Source: Candidatus Omnitrophota bacterium
GTDB lineage: Bacteria; Omnitrophota; Gorgyraeia; JABMRG01; JAFGKX01
Assembly (NCBI GenBank): GCA_043797125.1
Contig: JAZDPX010000022.1
Span: forward strand, 1,065 to 65,064
Length of the DNA: 64,000 bases
Direction of reading: 5' to 3'
Part shown: positions 19,401 to 28,386 of the stretch, piece after piece
Numbering within the stretch: the stretch's first letter is position 1
How the letters are laid out: each line of letters starts with the position of its first letter
Program-made: the position numbers and the translations under genes
The notes under the pieces: model-generated
Database searches by the model: none
The model's input: the letters and a program-made list of their open reading frames with translations, nothing else
Told to the model about the DNA's origin: nothing

Positions 19401-19929
19401 CTAGATAAAAGTTGCCTTTTCCGAATATATCGCTATATTGGCCTGCTGCCTTATATGCGTCCTGCAGCTGGTCGCAGAGTATCAAATGCGATAACTCTCC
19501 TTTTAAACAGGCGCTCAAGCAGATTAATCCTTCTGAATGCTGGCTTAAAATCTCTTTATCTATCCTGGGTTTATAATAAAATCCCTCTAAATAGGCTGCG
19601 CTGACTAACTTCATCAGGTTATGGTAGCCTTTTTCATTTTTCGCAAGAAGTATCAAATGATAAGCTGTCTCGGAAATGCCGTGAGAGGCTTTTTCAAATC
19701 TGCTTACAGGGGCAAGGTAGCATTCGCATCCTATTATCGGCTTTATCTGGGCCTGCCTACAGCGCATATAAAATTCTATCGCGCCGAACATATTGCCATG
19801 GTCTGTAATAACAAGCGACGGCATATTATACGCCTGCGCAAGTTTTACAAGCTCCTCTAAAAGGCATGCCCCGTCAAGCAGGCTGTATTGAGTATGGCCG
19901 TGTAAATGGATAAAATTTGAGGATTTCAT
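16486..19929 (-). CDS. dnaE: DNA polymerase III alpha subunit
   Basis: PHP domain HLHGHTQYSLLDG, GRGSAAGS, PDIDID, GLLKMDFLGL. Confidence 0.97.
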   Translation of the reverse strand: MKSSNFIHLHGHTQYSLLDGACLLEELVKLAQAYNMPSLVITDHGNMFGAIEFYMRCRQAQIKPIIGCECYLAPVSRFEKASHGISETAYHLILLAKNEKGYHNLMKLVSAAYLEGFYYKPRIDKEILSQHSEGLICLSACLKGELSHLILCDQLQDAYKAAGQYSDIFGKGNFYLELMDHGLAEQLKANKALIQMSKDLDIPLVATNDYHYLQKNHAYAHEALLCIQTQTTLDDPNRMRFKTDEFYFKTAEEMSNLFKDVPQAISNTLEIADKCNLELKLNKLHLPVFTPPENKTQEQFLRELTDAGAKKRYPDADKAVTDRLDYELKVIEQSNFVSYFLIVWDLIRYAKENNIPVGPGRGSAAGSAVSFCLGITALDPLKHNLLFERFLNPDRITMPDIDIDFCYERRDEVINYVISKYGKENVAQIITFGTMLAKAVIRDVARVMGFSYAESDKIAKLVPNDLNIKLSAALEQEPELMDMYKSDKRVTRLIDTAFVLEGVTRHASTHAAGVVISQKPLVNYLPLFKTNDDQITTGYPMGSLEQIGLLKMDFLGLRTLTVISEAVKIIKRTKAIDLDIEKILMDDKKTYEFLSDAKSIGVFQLESRGMRDLLKKLKPTVFEDIVALLALYRPGPIGSGMVDDFMKRKHGHTRVKYDHSLLEDILKPTYGIILYQEQVMQIVNKLAGFSLSQADTLRRAISKKTPEVIQKQRKLFIEGCVKNSVTANVADKIFNLIEYFSGYGFNRSHSAAYAMISYRTAYLKANFPIEFMAALLTSERDNTDKVVLYIDEAKSLGIEILPPDINESFAHFTVTANSIRFGLTAVKNVGELAVNSIVAARKERGKFKTLYDFCEHVDLRLANRKVIESLIKCGAFDNFKLHRSQMVAMIDHALEVADVLQKDRDSGQLSFFDAFESGETFKNEFQQVPDVKEWPQNQLLAFEKELLGFYITGHPLAKHEKALKMFTAHNTANLSELTDGQSISIGGIITKAKFTFTKRTNEKMAILIMEDLKGTIEVLVFPRSYKLSGKYVVEDSIVFIKGVLNLREDTPKIIADEILPLDEARKKYVQALSIKLYTTGLEKHTLQELSNILKKHKGNVPVYLNFTTQDKRQLQLSTGRNITVLPSDELIEEIEGLIGAGRVKMWL

Positions 19930-19970
19930 TATTATTGTTTTTGGGGAGTATTTATATAATACGGAGTATA

Positions 19971-19999
19971 ATATTACAACTAATGGATAAAAATGTCAA
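19971..19999 (-). promoter_or_regulatory. sigma70 promoter of dnaE
   Basis: TTGACA (19999-19994), 17 bp, TAATAT (19976-19971). Confidence 0.55.
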
Positions 20000-20021
20000 G
20001 TGAATGCTATGTCACGGGAAT

Positions 20022-20642
20022 CTAGACGCCTAATCGCGGTCCCAATGAAGCGCTTCTACAGCGCAGCATAACGAGGAAGCGACGAGTCATATTATCAATA
20101 TTGTTAGTTAGGTCTTCTAATATTATCTGCCCGGCCAAATGATGGAAAAAAGCAGGCTGCGGATTAGGCCACATCCAATACTGAAAATAAAATTGGCCGG
20201 CTTGAGCTGCATTTGTGTCGACTTTGTCTGTTATAAGACGTTGGCTTTCATGCGCGTTATTGCCTGCTCCGCAAGTTTCAACACGCCATAATTCGTTTGC
20301 ATTAAGAAAATAACGAACAGCATGCATTGTTCTAATATTAGGATCTGCGTTTGCATCAAAAGCAGCTTCATTTATCCAAAAAGTAACTGATTGTATGGAT
20401 GGTACGCCTACACTGGGTAAATCAACCTCATCGGCCCTATTTGCGTCTTTCACAATATAAGAAACGACCAAATTCATCTCATCCATCAATGCTATCTGCG
20501 CTCTTTCCGCGTCAGTAAGCCGGAATAAACCTAACATAGGAAATAACCCTAAGCCAAAGATTAAACCGGCTAATATGACAACGACCAACAGCTCGATAAG
20601 GGTCATGCCTTTTTCTTTAAGCAACATTTCCCTAAAAAACAT
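20022..20642 (-). CDS. prepilin-type N-terminal cleavage/methylation protein (PilW/PulJ-like minor pilin)
   Basis: KG|MTLIELLVVV class III signal peptide. Confidence 0.8.
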   Translation of the reverse strand: MFFREMLLKEKGMTLIELLVVVILAGLIFGLGLFPMLGLFRLTDAERAQIALMDEMNLVVSYIVKDANRADEVDLPSVGVPSIQSVTFWINEAAFDANADPNIRTMHAVRYFLNANELWRVETCGAGNNAHESQRLITDKVDTNAAQAGQFYFQYWMWPNPQPAFFHHLAGQIILEDLTNNIDNMTRRFLVMLRCRSASLGPRLGV

Positions 20643-20643
20643 A

Positions 20644-21102
20644 TTATGGCTCTCTTTCGCGCCACCTGGCTGTTACAGTTATTCTTCTAAAACTAAATTC
20701 CGGGTTATCCGTACCATTTGCGCTGTAGTTTCCATTGCGCACCTCGCCCCTGACGCTCAAACTGGTTGCAGCTACTTCCTGCCTTAATGCATCCCAAACG
20801 AAATTTGCCCAATCTACTAGCCATTGAGGATCAATAATGCCTGGATTGGGATCATCATTGATCAGAAATAAATCCCAATTTCCTTCATTTGCAGGATACG
20901 CCTGTCTTGCGCGCTCAAATTCAAGCTGGCTATGCGCTGCCATTGCTGCCATAACCTCGTGCCTGTATGTCCATGAAAGTTTTACAGCGCTTGAGAAGGT
21001 TGCAAAAACACCTGCTACTGCAATTGCCAGAACTGTCGCTGCGACTATCAGCTCGACCAGCGTGAACCCCGTTAGAAATTGTTTGCTTTTTTTTCCGCGC
21101 AT
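20644..21102 (-). CDS. prepilin-type protein (PilV/PulI-like minor pilin)
   Basis: TG|FTLVELIVA; C-terminal RRITVTARW. Confidence 0.82.
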   Translation of the reverse strand: MRGKKSKQFLTGFTLVELIVAATVLAIAVAGVFATFSSAVKLSWTYRHEVMAAMAAHSQLEFERARQAYPANEGNWDLFLINDDPNPGIIDPQWLVDWANFVWDALRQEVAATSLSVRGEVRNGNYSANGTDNPEFSFRRITVTARWREREP

Positions 21103-21104
21103 AT

Positions 21105-21500
21105 TTATACCCTTACATCGTCATAATCTACCGTAGCTGTAACTCTATACGGCACTGGATTCCCGCCTGCATTTGGGGTAAAACTGACACGAACAGTAAT
21201 ACGCGATTCGTCAAAACCCGTATTAGGGTCATCGGGAAAAGCTGTACCAATTCTTACTTCCCTAAAGCCTAAAATCGGGTCATTCCATGTTGCCGGCGTA
21301 AATAGCCCTGCCCTTATTCTGTTAAAGGATTCGTAAATAGCTGCTTCAGCGTAATAAACAGCCTGCGCGCGCTTCAGCTGATTTATGGTAAGGCCGCTTC
21401 TTCCCCCTATCATCAGTAAAAACGCTATAGTTGCAAAACACAAAACCATTATAAGTAAAAGGGCTATTGCAATAGAGCCTCTTTTTTCAAAATACGCCAT
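21105..21500 (-). CDS. PilX/PulK-like minor pilin
   Basis: KRG|SIAIALLLIM lacking Glu5; QAVYYAEAAI motif typical of PilX N-termini. Confidence 0.7.
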   Translation of the reverse strand: MAYFEKRGSIAIALLLIMVLCFATIAFLLMIGGRSGLTINQLKRAQAVYYAEAAIYESFNRIRAGLFTPATWNDPILGFREVRIGTAFPDDPNTGFDESRITVRVSFTPNAGGNPVPYRVTATVDYDDVRV

Positions 21501-21566
21501 TTTCTCCTCTTGTGTTGTCGTTAGGAAAAATTATAACACATAATAACAGCGGTGTCTATATTTTCC

Positions 21567-21595
21567 TTGACATTATCGACGCTCGACTATAATAT
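21567..21595 (+). promoter_or_regulatory. near-consensus sigma70 promoter of the GGDEF gene with a very short leader
   Basis: TTGACA 21567-72; TATAAT 21588-93 or TAATAT 21590-95; ATG at 21604 with no Shine-Dalgarno. Confidence 0.6.
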
Positions 21596-21603
21596 ACCAC
21601 TCT

Positions 21604-22773
21604 ATGGAAAACTCTAAGCTTAAAAAGGAACTTGGCCGCATAAAAACAGAGCTGTGGCTGCTTTATGAAATAAGCAATGCCATGCGCACCACGTTAAAAC
21701 TTCCCGAAATTCTGTACATCATACTTACCGCCGTAACATCCAAAGAGGGCCTGGGATTTAACCGCGCGATGCTGTTTTTAACAAGCGAAAAAAGCAAAAC
21801 CCTTGAAGGCGTAATGGCTATCGGGCCCATTGATGATGCGGATGCAAAACGTATATGGAGCTATATAGAGAAGGAAGGTCTGCACCTGGCTAAGTTAATA
21901 GATATATATCATAACATTGAAAAATATATAAAAGACGCCCCCTTAAATAACATCGTAAAAGACATACGCATCCCTTTAAATGAAGGCGGGGGTATTCTGG
22001 CTACAACCGCTCTGGAGGGCATGAATTTTAAAATAACAAGCAAAAAAGCCAGGGAAAATGCAAATGACCCTATACTTGAAAAATTGCATTCCTTTCCCTG
22101 CGTGTGCGTTCCCCTTAAAGGACAGCACAGGGTTGTCGGCACGCTCCTGGTTGATAACATGATAACAAAAAAAACAATTACAAATGATGACATTCACATC
22201 TTAAGCATGATTGCGGATCAGGCGGCGTTGGCTATTGAAAACTCCATACTTTATGAGGAGGCAAGGCTTCAGGCAAACATAGACAGCCTTACCAAGGTCT
22301 GGAATCACGGCTATTTCCAATACCTGCTAAAGAAAACCCTTGAAGAAAAAGCTCAAGCGAAAAAGCCGGTATCATTAGCAATGATGGACCTGGATAATTT
22401 CAAGGCATACAATGATGAATTAGGCCATCAGAATGGGGATGAGTTTTTAAAAACTGTCGCCTATCTTTTCAGGGGACATCTTCGTAAACAGGATTCTTTG
22501 TGCCGTTACGGCGGCGAGGAATTTGCGATAATAATGCCTGATATCGCTAAACAAGAGGCGTTCTATATAATTGAAAGGCTGCGGAAACTCGTCGAAGGAT
22601 TGTCCAAAAAAATGCAGACCAAACATAAAAAAACCTATCCTCTAGTCAGTATTTCTTCCGGCATAGCGTCGTACCCGGACGACGGAAAAACCAAAACGCA
22701 GCTTATCACAAAAGCGGATAAGGCGCTATATGATGCTAAACATAGGGGGAAAAATAAAACCTGCTTAGCATAA
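21604..22773 (+). CDS. GAF-GGDEF diguanylate cyclase
   Basis: GAF ending IADQAALAIENS; DSLT, DLDNFKAYND..GH..GD, RKQD I-site, RYGGEEF. Confidence 0.93.
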   Translation: MENSKLKKELGRIKTELWLLYEISNAMRTTLKLPEILYIILTAVTSKEGLGFNRAMLFLTSEKSKTLEGVMAIGPIDDADAKRIWSYIEKEGLHLAKLIDIYHNIEKYIKDAPLNNIVKDIRIPLNEGGGILATTALEGMNFKITSKKARENANDPILEKLHSFPCVCVPLKGQHRVVGTLLVDNMITKKTITNDDIHILSMIADQAALAIENSILYEEARLQANIDSLTKVWNHGYFQYLLKKTLEEKAQAKKPVSLAMMDLDNFKAYNDELGHQNGDEFLKTVAYLFRGHLRKQDSLCRYGGEEFAIIMPDIAKQEAFYIIERLRKLVEGLSKKMQTKHKKTYPLVSISSGIASYPDDGKTKTQLITKADKALYDAKHRGKNKTCLA

Positions 22774-22774
22774 T

Positions 22775-22901
22775 AAATCCGAAATACTAAATCCGAAATA
22801 CGAAACAAATTCGAAATTATAAATTCTAAACATCGGTTTTCAACATTAAAATTTTGAAAATTAGAATTTGTTTCGAATTTCGATATTCGGATTTCGGATT
22901 T
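22775..22901. repeat. heptamer inverted array (AAATCCG / CGGATTT) between the convergent GGDEF and smc genes
   Basis: aaatccg aaatact aaatccg aaatacg ... tttcgatattcggatttcggattt. Confidence 0.8.
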
Positions 22902-22902
22902 A

Positions 22903-25900
22903 TTAATCTACAGCTGCTGGTTCTTTCTGATTTTCTTCTGCGGGGGGCTCTGCTTTGCTTTTCTCTTCAACTGGCTGTTGCTGCACCTGGGCATCTGCGG
23001 CCCTCTCTTTTTTTTCAATCTCTTCCTGAGCAAACTTAACAGAGACAATCTTGGATATGCCGCTTTTTTCCATTGTGATGCCGTACATAACATCAGCTAT
23101 ACTTATGGTCCTTTTATTGTGGGTTATAATAATAAACTGCGTACTCTGAACAAACTCCCCTAATATCCTATTAAAGCGGTCTATGTTTGCTTCATCAAGA
23201 GGCGCGTCCATTTCATCTAAAACACAGAAAGGTGTCGGTTTTACTTTAAAAAGGGCAAAAAGCAAGGCAACCGAAGTCAGGGCCTTTTCTCCTCCGGAAA
23301 GAAGCGATATGCTTTGCAGCTTTTTTCCCGGGGGACGGACCATTATCTCAATGCCGCTTTCCAATATATCCACCTGGTCTATTAAATATATATCGGCAAC
23401 GCCTCCGCCAAAAAGCAGCCTGAAATATTCCCTGAAATAAACCCGTATCTTGTCAAAGGTCTCGATAAATAACGCGCGCGTGGTGCGGTTTATCCTGTTT
23501 ATTGCCTTGTGCAGGGATTCTTTGGCATTTATTAAATCCTGCTGCTGGGATGTTAGGAAATCATATCTCTCCTGCAATTCTTTATGTTCTTCAATAGCAA
23601 CCAGGTTAACAGGCCCCATCTTATCTATCCTGTCAGTAAAATCATGGATCTCGGCCTCTATTTGCTGCCAGTTTTCATTATTGTCAAATGTTATAACTTG
23701 CTGATCAAGGTCTGCCTTGTAAACCTGTTGAATCCTTGACCTTATGCTGTCGGCCTCGTAACTTAATTCGGTAATATTTATCTGCAGCCTGGATATATTA
23801 TCTTTAAGCTCATCCATTTCCTGCTGGCGTTTCAGAGCTTCACGCTCCTGCTTTTCTATTTGCGCTGCCATCGAATCGCGCTTTAGGCCAAGGTCGGATA
23901 TCTTATTGCCGATCTGCTGTTTTTGCTCTTCTAAAATATCGTTTTCCTGCATCATCCTCTGCGACTCGCTCTTAAGAAACTCTACTCTTTCATCGCCTTC
24001 GGCTATCTGCTGAATTCTGCTGTTTAGATTTACCTGTTCTTTGGCTTGCGTGTCCTTAAGCATGTTCAGGGTGTCTTCCTGCGAGCTGTATTTTTCCGAA
24101 AGCAGGGATAATTCGGTTTTTATCTGGGCAAGACCGATGAGCAGGGCCTCTTTTTCAGACGCGCTTAACTCGATGATCTTTTGTTTTTCCGCAATAAGTT
24201 CCTGCAGGCCTTGATACGCGGACTCAACACTGCATAGCTTTTCATTAAAAAGCTGATTCTGTCTTTTTAAAGACTCCTGCTCCTGCGAAAGCTCTCCTAA
24301 CTCCAATTCAACAAGATTAAATTCCTCTTCTAATTTTTCAAGTTCCGAACGTTCTCTGGTTTTATCGTTTTCCCGCAAAGCAAAAGCCTTTTCTTCGTTT
24401 CTTAAAACATCTTCCTTGGCCTGGACATCTTTTCTGCAGGAATCTACCTGCGCAAGCAAATCGATTTTTTCATTTTTAAGTATTTCAATTTTTCTCTTTA
24501 GCTCCTCTATCTCACCGGGGAGCTGTTCTACTCTAAATCTTCTTCCCACAAGACCCGTATATTCTCCCGGGCCAATGCCGCCTCCTGTAATTTTATTATA
24601 GGTTACGCAGCTTGCGTCTTTTGTAACTACTTTGATATTTTTATTACCCCTGGCCATGGAAATGGCCTGGTCTATTGAATCAGCTAAAAATATACCTTCG
24701 AATAAACACCAAACAAGCGCCTGATTAGTGCCTGAGGCCTCGATAAAATCGCTTAAATTTTGCGCCTGATGAACGTTAAGGGCTTCACTGCGCTGTATGC
24801 ATTTATCAAGAATAATAAATGAGGCAATGCCCTTGTGGTTATTTTTCAGGTAATCTAGAGCTCTTTTTGCCGCAGCTTCATTTTTAACAACAATAGACTG
24901 CAATTCATTACCAAGACAAGCCTCTAGCGCCCTTTCATATCCAGGCCTTACCTTAATAATATCTGTCAGCACGCCTACAAAATCGCGCCTTTCCTCGTCG
25001 GATGCCTCGATCATTTTAAGATAGGCCTTTGCCCCGTCGCTTAAGCCTTCGTTTGACTCTGTCAAACTCTTTAGCACATCCAGTTTTGAAACAGAGCTGG
25101 ATAAATCCTTTTCCAGGGAAATAATAGAAGCATCTAACTCAGGAAGCCTTCCTGTAAGAGAATCTAAAGCCATGCGGCCTTGTTCCAATTGCCTGCTGCA
25201 GTCATTTACTTTATCAAGTTCATTCTGCAAGGCTGACTCAAATACCTTAAACTTTTCAGTGCGGGTTGTAATGTCTGTATTTGCGGATTCTTTTTCAGCC
25301 GCGAGCCTCCTGTGCCTGTGGCTTAATGCCGATATATCAGCCGCGGCCTTTGCTATCGAATTCTTGAGCCTTGACTGCTCGGATAAATTATCCATCATAT
25401 CCAGCTTTGCTTTTGATATAATGGCCTCGCATTCTTTTATATTAGAAGAAAGCTCCGAAAGCGTGCTTTCTCCTTGCTGAACGCTTATTTGCTTATTTTC
25501 TTTATTTGACTGCAGCTGATCAAAAGTAACCTGCAGCTGCTCTATCTGTTTTCTTAAGTACTCTATTTTTGCCTGTGCCTGTTTTATTTCCGTGTTCAGG
25601 TATTCCCGACGGGATACAATCTCGTTTATCCTGCCGTTATTAAGGGCGATGTTTGAGGAATTTTTTTCAATTGTGCTTGTTGTGGACATCAGGTGAGTCT
25701 TGGCATCAAGCACTTCCTGTTCCAAAAAGTTAAGTTCCTGCCTCCTGGTGTGAAAATCCATGGTGTGCGCATTGAGTTCTAAAGAGAAAGAGCCTTCTTT
25801 TGATTTAAGCAGCTGGAATTCTCTGTCTTTTTCTTGCTTATTAGCTTTTATGTTTTTGTATTTATAAAAAGAATGCTTAAGGTCTAATTCTTTCAGGTGT

Positions 25901-26559
25901 TCAAATTCCAGTTTATACTTTTCTGCTTTCTTTGCCTGTCTCTCTATTGAATTTATCTGCCTTTTTACTTCGCTTATAATATCGGAAAGTCTGGCAAGGT
26001 TATTCTCGGTATGCTCGAGTTTTCTTAAAGCTTCTTTTTTCCTGTTTTTATATTTTGTTATGCCGCTGGCCTCCTCAAATATTTCCCTTCTATCTTCAGG
26101 CCTGGCGCTAAGCACCCTATCCATCTTGCCCTGCTCCGCTATGGAATAAGAGCTTGTGCCGATGCCTGTGCCTGCGAGCAGGTCATTGATATCTTTTAAT
26201 CTTACCTGGGTCTTGTTAAGGAGGTATTCGCTTTCGCCTGAGCGAAATACTCTGCGGGTTATTGTAACTTCGTCGTACTCAATTGGAAGGGACCTGTCTT
26301 CATTGGAAAGGGTTAAGGATACTTCCGCGATATTGACTGCTTGGGTAGTGTCTGTGCCGTTAAAGATGACATCTTCCATCTTTCCGCCGCGCAGCTCCTT
26401 GGCAGACTGCTCCCCAAGCACCCACTTGATGGAATCGCTGATATTACTTTTCCCGCAACCGTTCGGACCGACAATAGCTGTAACTCCTGGCTCGAATTCG
26501 AGTTTGGTGCGGTCTGCAAAAGACTTAAATCCGAATAATTCTAATTTTTTAAAATACAT
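22903..26559 (-). CDS. smc: chromosome segregation protein SMC
   Basis: GFKSFAD, GPNGCGKSN, coiled coils with hinge, LSGGE signature, LDEMDAPLD. Confidence 0.97.
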   Translation of the reverse strand: MYFKKLELFGFKSFADRTKLEFEPGVTAIVGPNGCGKSNISDSIKWVLGEQSAKELRGGKMEDVIFNGTDTTQAVNIAEVSLTLSNEDRSLPIEYDEVTITRRVFRSGESEYLLNKTQVRLKDINDLLAGTGIGTSSYSIAEQGKMDRVLSARPEDRREIFEEASGITKYKNRKKEALRKLEHTENNLARLSDIISEVKRQINSIERQAKKAEKYKLEFEHLKELDLKHSFYKYKNIKANKQEKDREFQLLKSKEGSFSLELNAHTMDFHTRRQELNFLEQEVLDAKTHLMSTTSTIEKNSSNIALNNGRINEIVSRREYLNTEIKQAQAKIEYLRKQIEQLQVTFDQLQSNKENKQISVQQGESTLSELSSNIKECEAIISKAKLDMMDNLSEQSRLKNSIAKAAADISALSHRHRRLAAEKESANTDITTRTEKFKVFESALQNELDKVNDCSRQLEQGRMALDSLTGRLPELDASIISLEKDLSSSVSKLDVLKSLTESNEGLSDGAKAYLKMIEASDEERRDFVGVLTDIIKVRPGYERALEACLGNELQSIVVKNEAAAKRALDYLKNNHKGIASFIILDKCIQRSEALNVHQAQNLSDFIEASGTNQALVWCLFEGIFLADSIDQAISMARGNKNIKVVTKDASCVTYNKITGGGIGPGEYTGLVGRRFRVEQLPGEIEELKRKIEILKNEKIDLLAQVDSCRKDVQAKEDVLRNEEKAFALRENDKTRERSELEKLEEEFNLVELELGELSQEQESLKRQNQLFNEKLCSVESAYQGLQELIAEKQKIIELSASEKEALLIGLAQIKTELSLLSEKYSSQEDTLNMLKDTQAKEQVNLNSRIQQIAEGDERVEFLKSESQRMMQENDILEEQKQQIGNKISDLGLKRDSMAAQIEKQEREALKRQQEMDELKDNISRLQINITELSYEADSIRSRIQQVYKADLDQQVITFDNNENWQQIEAEIHDFTDRIDKMGPVNLVAIEEHKELQERYDFLTSQQQDLINAKESLHKAINRINRTTRALFIETFDKIRVYFREYFRLLFGGGVADIYLIDQVDILESGIEIMVRPPGKKLQSISLLSGGEKALTSVALLFALFKVKPTPFCVLDEMDAPLDEANIDRFNRILGEFVQSTQFIIITHNKRTISIADVMYGITMEKSGISKIVSVKFAQEEIEKKERAADAQVQQQPVEEKSKAEPPAEENQKEPAAVD

Positions 26560-26582
26560 TTATAATAGCAACTTAAGGTTAT

Positions 26583-26674
26583 GGGGACGGTTCTCGCCCA
26601 AGATTAAGAAGTGTCCCCTTCTTCCATTTTTCACTGCTGGGGACATTTCTCACGCTTGGGTGAGAAATGTCCCC
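26583..26674. repeat. pair of GGGGAC...GTCCCC REP-like hairpins upstream of smc
   Basis: 26583..26618 is imperfect; 26639..26674 has a perfect 15-bp stem (ggggacatttctcac/gtgagaaatgtcccc). Confidence 0.75.
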
Positions 26675-26730
26675 TATCTTTTTATTATAATATCAGAATA
26701 ATACAGGAGTGTCAAGGGGGGAAATGTAAC

Positions 26731-26763
26731 CAAGTCACAAGTCACCAGTCACAAGTCACCAGT
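26731..26763. repeat. heptamer tandem array C(A/C)AGTCA
   Basis: caagtca caagtca ccagtca caagtca ccagt. Confidence 0.8.
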
Positions 26764-26810
26764 AAAAGATGGGGCTTTTGCAATGCGAGGTGCATCAGAA
26801 AATTTTTGCA

Positions 26811-27061
26811 TAAGCCTTGGGCATTGCCGAAAAAACAATAGCGGAAGATTTGGCTTGCTTGTTTTGGTTGTAGGCAAAACATAGGCCGGCCTGCCTACCG
26901 TCAGGCAGGCAGGCCGGGGACACCGAAACTGAACCCTTGGATAGTAGGGCAGGCTAAAGCCTGCCCTACTATCTGTAGATGAATTTCGGAGGGGCCCCGG
27001 CCGAACGACTATAGTTTTGCCCAAATCTGAAGCGTGTTTTTGAGGCAATGCCCAAGGCTTA
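26811..27061. repeat. family B long hairpin / MITE-like element with 18-bp terminal inverted repeats
   Basis: TAAGCCTTGGGCATTGCC ... GGCAATGCCCAAGGCTTA; central GTAG-REP hairpin gtagggcaggctaaagcctgccctac. Confidence 0.8.
26890..26909. repeat. 20-bp palindrome variant cctgcctaccgtcaggcagg, copy 2
   Basis: Absent from the homologous position of the second repeat copy (about 33210). Confidence 0.88.
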
Positions 27062-27063
27062 TA

Positions 27064-27786
27064 TTAGTGATTTGAGTTTTTTGGTGAGTGCCGGAAGGAC
27101 TTCGAAGCGGTCAAAATGTTCAGAACTTCTCTCTCTTTTGCTTCCTCAAGACCTTTTACAGCTTTCTTCTGCCACTTTGGGAGCATTGAATTAAAGGCAT
27201 ACTTAATAATTGCAGCTTCGCCTTTATTAATCAACGCCTTAAGAATTTCCACGGCGGCATTTTTATCCTTTAGTGTCTTTTCTGCTCTAGTACGTCTTTG
27301 AAAAATTATTAATTTATGCAGGGCGAAATTAGCGGGATGAGGAAGATTAACTTCAATGCCTTCAATTTTAACTTTTATAGTATCCTGTATTAGCAAGTCT
27401 AGAAACCTTAAAGCTTGGGCATTAAGACTAAACTGGGGCAATTGATAAGGCCTATCTAAACCGCGGCCTTTTTCGGGAACTAAGAATTCCACTATAAGAT
27501 CCGCATGCTCAAGCTGAATGTATCCCTCCGCTCCCTTGAAACCAACAATAAATCCTAGATCTTTTAGTAGTGTCGGAATATCTGCTTTCATTTTAGTTTT
27601 TGAAGGCGTTGGAACCAAAAAGTCAACATCGCGCGTTTTGATAATAGTCGGATATTCTATGCTTCCAAAATAATCCTTGTAAAAAGGTATGCACCAACTA
27701 CCGATCAAAATAATATCCTTCAAAACCCCTGCCTGACTTAATCGCCGAAGAACTTCTAGGCACAAATTATACTGATTCTTTTCCAC
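27064..27786 (-). CDS. nucleotidyltransferase-fold protein (GSU2403/AbiEii-like)
   Basis: ILIGSW, TRDVDFLV (DxD), ALHKLII, R..K..KD; the C-terminus reads into the duplicated etfA tail. Confidence 0.7.
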   Translation of the reverse strand: MEKNQYNLCLEVLRRLSQAGVLKDIILIGSWCIPFYKDYFGSIEYPTIIKTRDVDFLVPTPSKTKMKADIPTLLKDLGFIVGFKGAEGYIQLEHADLIVEFLVPEKGRGLDRPYQLPQFSLNAQALRFLDLLIQDTIKVKIEGIEVNLPHPANFALHKLIIFQRRTRAEKTLKDKNAAVEILKALINKGEAAIIKYAFNSMLPKWQKKAVKGLEEAKEREVLNILTASKSFRHSPKNSNH

Positions 27787-28084
27787 GCAAGGTACTCCTT
27801 AAAAACCTTATTTGTTTCTTAATTTGAGATAATAATTTCCGGTATTTAGCCCTGTATTCCTTTACTTCTTTATACCTTTTTATTTCAGCATCGGGCACCT
27901 TCCCTTTATAAATGAATTTTACTTTTCCTTTCTCCCGCAGCAAAAGATAATAATATTCGTGGCCTTTAACTTTCTTCTTAATAAGGCTGCCTTTTGGCAA
28001 TTTAGCCAATTCTCGTTCATAGCCGGCTTTCATACGCAAAGAATTTTCAAGTTCTTCCTTAAGTACTCCTTTTATTACTCCCAT
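27767..28084 (-). CDS. small basic putative DNA-binding partner of the nucleotidyltransferase
   Basis: LPKGSLIKKKVKGHEYYYL...FIYKGK; overlaps the downstream gene; SD AAGGAG upstream. Confidence 0.65.
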   Translation of the reverse strand: MGVIKGVLKEELENSLRMKAGYERELAKLPKGSLIKKKVKGHEYYYLLLREKGKVKFIYKGKVPDAEIKRYKEVKEYRAKYRKLLSQIKKQIRFLRSTLRGKESV

Positions 28085-28108
28085 ATTGGGTTCTCCTTAA
28101 ACTGGTTG

Positions 28109-28208
28109 GTTATCATACAAACTACATAGTAGTATATATTGTATGGTAACAGATGTCAAATAAAAAGTTACCATACCATTAATAGTATTCTTGATTTTGT
28201 ATGGTAAC
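28109..28208 (-). promoter_or_regulatory. sigma70 promoter overlapped by two inverted-repeat operators
   Basis: TTGACA(28159-54)-17-TATACT(28136-31); GTTA(C/T)CATAC-N22-GTATGGTAAC at 28109..28150 and 28167..28208. Confidence 0.78.
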
Positions 28209-28309
28209 TGAGGCAGAGACGTTTTCTATTTTGTTCGGGAAGCTGTTTCCCGAACAAGTTTGGAACACTTTCCCGAATGATTCCGAAAGCGTCTTGTTGA
28301 GATGTGGAA

Positions 28310-28386
28310 TTAGACGTTTCTTAAAAAACGCTGAATATCGTTATGGCTGCCGGCAAGAACAAATTCAACTAAATCGCCTTCCTCAT
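28310..28386 (-). pseudogene. internally deleted RelE/ParE-like toxin remnant
   Basis: The ATG overlapping the antitoxin stop hits TAG after 5 codons; another frame gives EGDLVEFVLAGSHNDIQRFLRNV*, resembling RelE-family C-termini. Confidence 0.6.

Larger units (their letters stand above)
26794..27106. repeat. left copy of the long direct repeat bounding the island (family B hairpin plus duplicated etfA 3' end)
   Basis: Near-identical to 33114..33407 apart from a few substitutions and a 20-bp insertion. Confidence 0.93.

Noticed and set aside
26749-27048. 99-aa ORF and its 83-aa paralogue at 33098..33349
   Set aside because: Both lie on the family B hairpin repeat, and the 20-bp insertion shifts the frame between copies. 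They are shadow ORFs.
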